A DNA stretch of 32,000 bases from Pseudoalteromonas tetraodonis (GTDB taxonomy: Bacteria > Pseudomonadota > Gammaproteobacteria > Enterobacterales > Alteromonadaceae): the NCBI RefSeq assembly GCF_002310835.1, contig NZ_CP011041.1, positions 510,001 to 542,000 on the forward strand. The letters are read 5' to 3'. Under the pieces are notes generated by a model. The model did not search any database. It was not told where the DNA came from and saw only the letters and a list, made by a program, of their open reading frames with translations. The translations under genes were made by a program, and so were the position numbers. Position 1 is the stretch's first letter; every line of letters starts with the position of its first letter. This document shows positions 27,416-32,000 of the stretch, in pieces.

Positions 27416-28672
27416 ATGTTTGATATAATGGAACAACACAGCGAAGAAGCTGTAATAAAAGTAATCGGTGTTGGTGGCGGCGGCGGTAACGCAGTTGAGC
27501 ACATGGTAAAACAACAAATAGAAGGTGTTCGTTTTATTGCAGCGAATACGGATGCACAAGCATTACGTAATTCAGCCGCTGATGTAACGGTACAATTAGG
27601 TACGCAAATAACCTCTGGGTTAGGTGCGGGTGCAAACCCTGAAGTAGGCCGTCAGTCGGCTGAAGAAGACGCAGAAACGATTCGTGCCAGCCTTGAAGGC
27701 GCCGATATGGTATTTATAGCGGCAGGTATGGGCGGCGGTACAGGGACCGGAGCAGCGCCAGTCGTGGCTAAAATAGCTAAAGAGCTGGGCATTCTAACCG
27801 TGGCAGTTGTAACGCGTCCATTTGATTTTGAAGGTAAAAAACGTGCTGCTGCTGCAGAGCAGGGGATTAGCGAATTGTCTGAAATCGTGGACTCGTTAAT
27901 TACTATTCCAAATAACAAATTACTAAAAGTATTAGGTAAAGGGACAACTTTACTGGATGCGTTTGCTAAAGCAAATGACGTATTATTTGGTGCGGTACAG
28001 GGTATTGCTGAGCTAATCACACGCTCGGGTCTAATTAACGTGGATTTCGCCGACGTACGTACTGTTATGTCTGCAATGGGTACAGCCATGATGGGGACTG
28101 CATCTGCCTCGGGTCCTGATCGTGCACAAGAAGCAGCAGAAGCGGCTATTTCAAGCCCATTATTAGAGGACGTTGATTTAACCGGTGCTAAAGGTATCTT
28201 GGTTAATATTACTGCCGGCATGGATATCGCGATTGAAGAATTTGAAATCGTGGGTAATCACGTTAAGGCGCTAGCGTCTGAAAACGCAACGGTGGTTGTG
28301 GGTGCGGTAATCGACCCTGAAATGACAGACGAGCTACGTGTAACGGTTGTTGCAACTGGCTTAGGCGGCGATCGTCGTCCGCAGTTTGGTATTGTAGATA
28401 ACGGCTTTAAAAAAGCATCAGGTTCTGATGTAGCCAGTTCAAGCACGCAAACGAGCAGCAGCATGTATGTACCTAGCTTTGCAAGCCAAGGCACAAGCAC
28501 GACTGAAGAGCCTGCCACGACATCGCAAACAGAATCAAAAGAGCAAAGCACATCGACGAGCTCTTCAAGTTCTTCAGCGAATACGTCGTCAAGTAGTGCT
28601 AAGAAAACAGATAAATCTGAAGGTGGCGATTATTTCGACATCCCTGCTTTTTTACGTAAACAAGCAGATTAA
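27416..28672 (+). CDS. ftsZ: Cell division GTPase FtsZ
   Basis: This ORF is 418 aa. It has the tubulin signature [20 protein letters not shown], and a conserved C-terminal peptide [14 protein letters not shown] that is nearly identical to the E. coli one. Confidence 0.98.
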   Translation: MFDIMEQHSEEAVIKVIGVGGGGGNAVEHMVKQQIEGVRFIAANTDAQALRNSAADVTVQLGTQITSGLGAGANPEVGRQSAEEDAETIRASLEGADMVFIAAGMGGGTGTGAAPVVAKIAKELGILTVAVVTRPFDFEGKKRAAAAEQGISELSEIVDSLITIPNNKLLKVLGKGTTLLDAFAKANDVLFGAVQGIAELITRSGLINVDFADVRTVMSAMGTAMMGTASASGPDRAQEAAEAAISSPLLEDVDLTGAKGILVNITAGMDIAIEEFEIVGNHVKALASENATVVVGAVIDPEMTDELRVTVVATGLGGDRRPQFGIVDNGFKKASGSDVASSSTQTSSSMYVPSFASQGTSTTEEPATTSQTESKEQSTSTSSSSSSANTSSSSAKKTDKSEGGDYFDIPAFLRKQAD

Positions 28673-28709
28673 TAAAAAACAGTACTTTTGTGCGAAATGT
28701 GAACGAATA

Positions 28710-28738
28710 TTGTAGTTATACCGTATTTATGCTACACT
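28710..28738 (+). promoter_or_regulatory. Candidate sigma70 promoter for lpxC
   Basis: The elements are TTGTAG (28710-28715), a 17-bp spacer and TACACT (28733-28738), lying 40 nt upstream of the lpxC ATG in the ftsZ-lpxC gap. E. coli also has a dedicated lpxC promoter in this gap. Confidence 0.35.
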
Positions 28739-28778
28739 CCGCCGTCTAACTGTAATATATACTAAAGTGAGCGAACCT

Positions 28779-29690
28779 ATGATTAAACAGCGTACGATTG
28801 CACAAGTAGTCAAAGCCATAGGAATTGGACTTCATAAAGGTGAGAAGGTCACAATAACTCTCCGACCTGCGAGCGCAAATACTGGGATTGTATTTCGTCG
28901 TGTCGACCTTGATCCGGTTGTTGATTTTGAAACAACACCTGAAGCCGTTGGTGATACGCAATTGTGTACCTGTTTAATTAACAAAGATGGCGTTCGCTTA
29001 TCGACTACTGAGCACTTAATTGCGGCGGTTGCGGCAATGGGAATCGACAATTTAATTGTTGAACTTGATAGCTCAGAAGTACCAATAATGGATGGTAGTG
29101 CATTGCCATTCATTTATTTATTACAAAAAGGCGGCATTGAAGAGCAAAATGTTGCAAAACGCTTTATTCGTATTAAAGAAAAAGTACGTATTGAAGAAGG
29201 TGATAAATGGGCCGAAGTAGAACCTTACGACGGATTCCACATCGATTTCGAAATTGCCTTCGATCACCCTGCAATCAATGAAAGCCGCCAACGTGTTGGT
29301 TTAGATATTACGGCACAAAGCTTTACTGAAGAGATAAGCCGTGCACGTACTTTTGGCTTTATGAAAGACATTGAATACATGCATGCTAACAACCTAGCAC
29401 TAGGTGGCAGCATGGATAGTGCAGTGGTACTTGATGAATTTAAAGTTTTAAATCCGAACGGTTTGCGTTACGCAGACGAGTTCGTCAAGCATAAGATACT
29501 AGACTGTGTAGGTGACATGTTTATGACAGGTCACAACCTTTTAGGCAAAGTAACCGCATTTAAATCAGGCCATGATTTAAATAATAAGTTACTACGCAAA
29601 ATTATGGCAACAGAGTCAGCATGGGAGTGGGCAACCTTTGAAACGCCTGTGACGATGCCTGCCCCCGGCCTTGAGCTAGCTAACGCCTAA
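28779..29690 (+). CDS. lpxC: UDP-3-O-acyl-N-acetylglucosamine deacetylase LpxC
   Basis: Taken from the ATG at 28779, the protein begins MIKQRT, exactly like E. coli LpxC, and is 303 aa. The track start (28767) is an upstream GTG that adds four residues. Confidence 0.96.
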   Translation: MIKQRTIAQVVKAIGIGLHKGEKVTITLRPASANTGIVFRRVDLDPVVDFETTPEAVGDTQLCTCLINKDGVRLSTTEHLIAAVAAMGIDNLIVELDSSEVPIMDGSALPFIYLLQKGGIEEQNVAKRFIRIKEKVRIEEGDKWAEVEPYDGFHIDFEIAFDHPAINESRQRVGLDITAQSFTEEISRARTFGFMKDIEYMHANNLALGGSMDSAVVLDEFKVLNPNGLRYADEFVKHKILDCVGDMFMTGHNLLGKVTAFKSGHDLNNKLLRKIMATESAWEWATFETPVTMPAPGLELANA

Positions 29691-29716
29691 TTAGTTAATC
29701 ACTTATATACAGTTAT

Positions 29717-29746
29717 AAAAAATGACGCTTATTAGCGTCATTTTTT
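29717..29746. terminator. Bidirectional rho-independent terminator between convergent lpxC (+) and yjjG (-)
   Basis: The sequence is AAAAA-ATGACGCT-tatt-AGCGTCAT-TTTTT. It has an 8-bp stem (29722-29729 / 29734-29741) flanked by an A-tract and a T-tract. Confidence 0.7.
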
Positions 29747-29792
29747 GTTTGTTAATTAGCTAAACAGCTAAATTACACTCAGGCTTTTATTA

Positions 29793-30467
29793 TCAAAGTC
29801 CTAATATAGTTTGCAACTGTTTAAGCTGGGTTACCTGATATGTTGGTTTAATTCCCTCAGGCAAGTTCACGCCAGGATGTTGCAGCCAACAAGTGTCAAT
29901 TCCCACATTTTGACCGCCAAGAATATCACTGCTGGCGGTATCACCGACCATTAAAATTTGCTCTTTCGGTGGATTACCCATTAAGTTAAAGGTGTGCTCA
30001 AATATCTCTTTTGCAGGTTTAGCAATGCCGACTTGCTCAGAAATAACCAACCAGTCAAACATATCTTGCAGCCCTGTATGCGCTAGGCGACGTGCTTGTA
30101 ACTGAGAAAAACCATTGGTAATAATGCCCAGCTTGGCATGGGGTTTAAGGGCATTTAATAATTCAACGGCGCCGGGTAAAGGCATACAAATTTCGGCCAT
30201 AGCTGATAAAAAATCATCATTGAGCTGTTGAGCTGGCACATCTAGTTTATTTGCCAGTTCGCTAAAACGAGTTACTTGTAAGTGACTTGAGGTGATCTCG
30301 TTGTTTTGATAAGCAATCCATAATGACTTATTGGTGTTTTGATAATGGGCATAATCTGCCTCGGTAAAATCCATGTCATAGGTTGCTAGCATGTTTTTAA
30401 GGCCAGCAAAGGCATTAAAGCTAAATAAGGTTTCGTCGGCATCAAATAATACGTAGTTATACTTCAT
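29793..30467 (-). CDS. yjjG: HAD-IA family pyrimidine 5'-nucleotidase YjjG
   Basis: This 224-aa ORF aligns along its full length with E. coli YjjG as I recall it (FDADETLF, LW..YQN..IT, AEIC.PLPGA..LL, GIITNGFS.LQ, MVGDT..SDILGG). Confidence 0.85.
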   Translation of the reverse strand: MKYNYVLFDADETLFSFNAFAGLKNMLATYDMDFTEADYAHYQNTNKSLWIAYQNNEITSSHLQVTRFSELANKLDVPAQQLNDDFLSAMAEICMPLPGAVELLNALKPHAKLGIITNGFSQLQARRLAHTGLQDMFDWLVISEQVGIAKPAKEIFEHTFNLMGNPPKEQILMVGDTASSDILGGQNVGIDTCWLQHPGVNLPEGIKPTYQVTQLKQLQTILGL

Positions 30468-30478
30468 TAAAACATCCG

Positions 30479-31018
30479 TTATTGATTATATAGAGTGGGA
30501 TTAAGAAAAGGCGCCATGGCGAGTGTCAGCGCTTGAGTATAGGTACTTTCTCGTGTTGCATGATGATCAGTTAACAAGCCAATAGCACCCCCTTGCTGTT
30601 TAATATTGGTGGTATTAAAGGCTTTATCCATCACGTCACCAAGCTCTTCACCTTGAAGCAATGCTTTATAAAACACAGTGGGCAGGGGTAAGTTACTGCT
30701 TCGGCCTGTAACTTGCTGTGCGCCATTATCAATAACTACATAGGCAAAGGTTGCCGCACCATAGCTAAATTGCGCTGCACCACCTTCCATCGCCACATAG
30801 TAGTCTGCCTGATAGTGGTTTTTACAGCAATTAACGCGATTTTGTGCCCCTAAGCAGGTTTGCTCTTCACCTAAGGGTTGATCGGGTACCTCTGAGGGCG
30901 CGTGAACACCACTACATTCGATTACACGCTCAGGAAAATACATCGCAAAAATATGTTTAGCGGCATTGATTTTTACTGGGTTTTTAGACCCAACAATAAT
31001 TTTAATTGATTGCGACAT
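30479..31018 (-). CDS. yjjX: Inosine/xanthosine triphosphatase (NTPase I-T family) YjjX
   Basis: This 179-aa ORF shares features with E. coli YjjX: an N-terminal NP.K motif (GSKNPVKINA), the SEVPDQPLGEEQT..GA.NR block and a GAIGLLT segment. Confidence 0.85.
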   Translation of the reverse strand: MSQSIKIIVGSKNPVKINAAKHIFAMYFPERVIECSGVHAPSEVPDQPLGEEQTCLGAQNRVNCCKNHYQADYYVAMEGGAAQFSYGAATFAYVVIDNGAQQVTGRSSNLPLPTVFYKALLQGEELGDVMDKAFNTTNIKQQGGAIGLLTDHHATRESTYTQALTLAMAPFLNPTLYNQ

Positions 31019-31078
31019 ATTAAACTCGTCATACTTAAAATCAGCAGTGTACGTGAGTTAGGGTTCACAAAAAAGAGT

Positions 31079-31978
31079 CTAAATAGGAATTTCAGGCGGG
31101 GCTAACTTTGCTAAGGCGCGTTTTTTCAAAATAATATCTTTTATTAGAGGCGTGAGCACCAGTTCCATCGCGAGACCCATTTTACCACCAGGCACCACTA
31201 AGGTGTTTATACGCGACATAAAACTGCCTTCAATCATCCGCAAATAATACGGAAAATCAACATCATCAATCCCCCTAAAGCGAATCACAACAAAGCTTTC
31301 ATCAAGGGAGGGGATATCTTTAGCGCTAAATGGGTTGGAAGTATCAACGGTGGGGACTCGCTGAAAGTTAATATGGGTACGAGAAAATTGCGGCGTTATA
31401 TGATTAATGTAGTCATCCATACTGCGCACAATAGAGTCCATGACTTTTTCACGAGAGTGGCCGCGTTCTGAGGTGTCGCGAATGAGCTTTTGGATCCATT
31501 CAAGGTTAATAATAGGCACCATGCCTATGAGTAAATCAACATGTTTAGCAACATCATGATCTTCATCAACTACACCGCCATGTAGACCCTCGTAAAACAT
31601 CAGATCTGTATTTTGCTCAAGTTCTTGCCATGGGGTAAATGTCCCAGGTAACTGGTTATAAGGCACGGCTTCATCAAAGGTGTGTAAATAACGACGAAGT
31701 TTTCCTTCGCCTGTTTCACCGTATTTAGTAAATAAGTCTTCTAAGGCGCCAAAGTCGTTAGCTTCTCGGCCAAAATAGCTAATGTGTTTACTTTCTTGCT
31801 GTGCTTCACGAATTTTTTTGTCCATTTCAGGACGTGTATAACGATGAAAGCTATCACCTTCGATAAATGCCGCATTGATATCAAGGCTACGGAAAATATG
31901 CTTCACGGCGTTAGTGGTGGTCGTTGTGCCCGCTCCAGATGAACCGGTGATTGCAATAATAGGGTGTTTAGCTGACAT
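31079..31978 (-). CDS. prkB: Phosphoribulokinase homologue (PrkB type)
   Basis: This 299-aa ORF is near-collinear with, and highly similar to, E. coli PrkB (MSAKHPIIAITGSSGAGTTTT, GDSFHRYTRPEMD, LEWIQKLIRDTSERGHSRE, LVVPGGKMGLAMEL). Confidence 0.93.
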   Translation of the reverse strand: MSAKHPIIAITGSSGAGTTTTTNAVKHIFRSLDINAAFIEGDSFHRYTRPEMDKKIREAQQESKHISYFGREANDFGALEDLFTKYGETGEGKLRRYLHTFDEAVPYNQLPGTFTPWQELEQNTDLMFYEGLHGGVVDEDHDVAKHVDLLIGMVPIINLEWIQKLIRDTSERGHSREKVMDSIVRSMDDYINHITPQFSRTHINFQRVPTVDTSNPFSAKDIPSLDESFVVIRFRGIDDVDFPYYLRMIEGSFMSRINTLVVPGGKMGLAMELVLTPLIKDIILKKRALAKLAPPEIPI

Positions 31979-32000
31979 GTTTGTTCTCTTTTTTATGACC

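Noticed and set aside
27652-28221. A 189-aa ORF antisense to ftsZ, plus similar antisense ORFs in ftsA, ddlB, murF, murE, ftsI, rsmI and the GGDEF-EAL gene
   Set aside because: It lies entirely within a very well-supported, highly conserved gene. Its product is low-complexity and rich in Ala, Ser and Pro, as expected from reading GGN/GCN-rich codons backwards. It has no Shine-Dalgarno sequence and no recognisable family. Long antisense open frames are a known compositional artefact.
31079-31978. Phosphoribulokinase as an indicator of a Calvin-cycle or carboxysome locus
   Set aside because: No RuBisCO, cbb or carboxysome genes are in the window. The protein is the PrkB type found as an orphan in heterotrophic gammaproteobacteria, including E. 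coli.

Overview
This window looks like conserved chromosomal core from an AT-leaning gammaproteobacterium. Gene order and protein similarity to E. coli suggest an Alteromonadales or Pseudoalteromonas-like marine organism, but I cannot verify the taxon without a search. The centre (11.9-29.7 kb, + strand) is a complete, tightly packed division and cell wall (dcw) cluster in the canonical E. coli order: mraZ-rsmH-ftsL-ftsI-murE-murF-mraY-murD-ftsW-murG-murC-ddlB-ftsQ-ftsA-ftsZ-lpxC. Most junctions are ATGA-type stop/start overlaps or have no gap. Upstream of the cluster are the diaA(partial)-yraN-lpoA module, divergent from rsmI, and a type-A RNase P RNA (rnpB) with a bidirectional terminator. 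These are followed by an MscS-family channel, a YihY/BrkB membrane protein, a large Cache-HAMP-PAS-GGDEF-EAL c-di-GMP sensor, a pirin, and a yqjD-yqjE-yqjK membrane-protein trio. Downstream of lpxC, on the opposite strand, are prkB, yjjX and yjjG. I see no transposase, integrase, CRISPR array, tRNA, toxin-antitoxin pair or recognisable defence genes, and I cannot honestly point to a novel multi-gene system here. The most unusual sequence-level signal is a perfect 9-copy heptanucleotide tandem repeat in the 3' end of the MscS-family gene, which could switch the C-terminal tail by slippage. The second is a phased array of five NTGGW boxes at exact 10-bp spacing on the predicted mraZ promoter, a likely MraZ operator. 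Smaller observations are palindromes, GC-rich direct repeats, an expanded Ser/Thr FtsZ linker, and a synteny break after lpxC. Several ORF-track starts are alternative-codon N-terminal extensions, and I moved them to better-supported ATGs.
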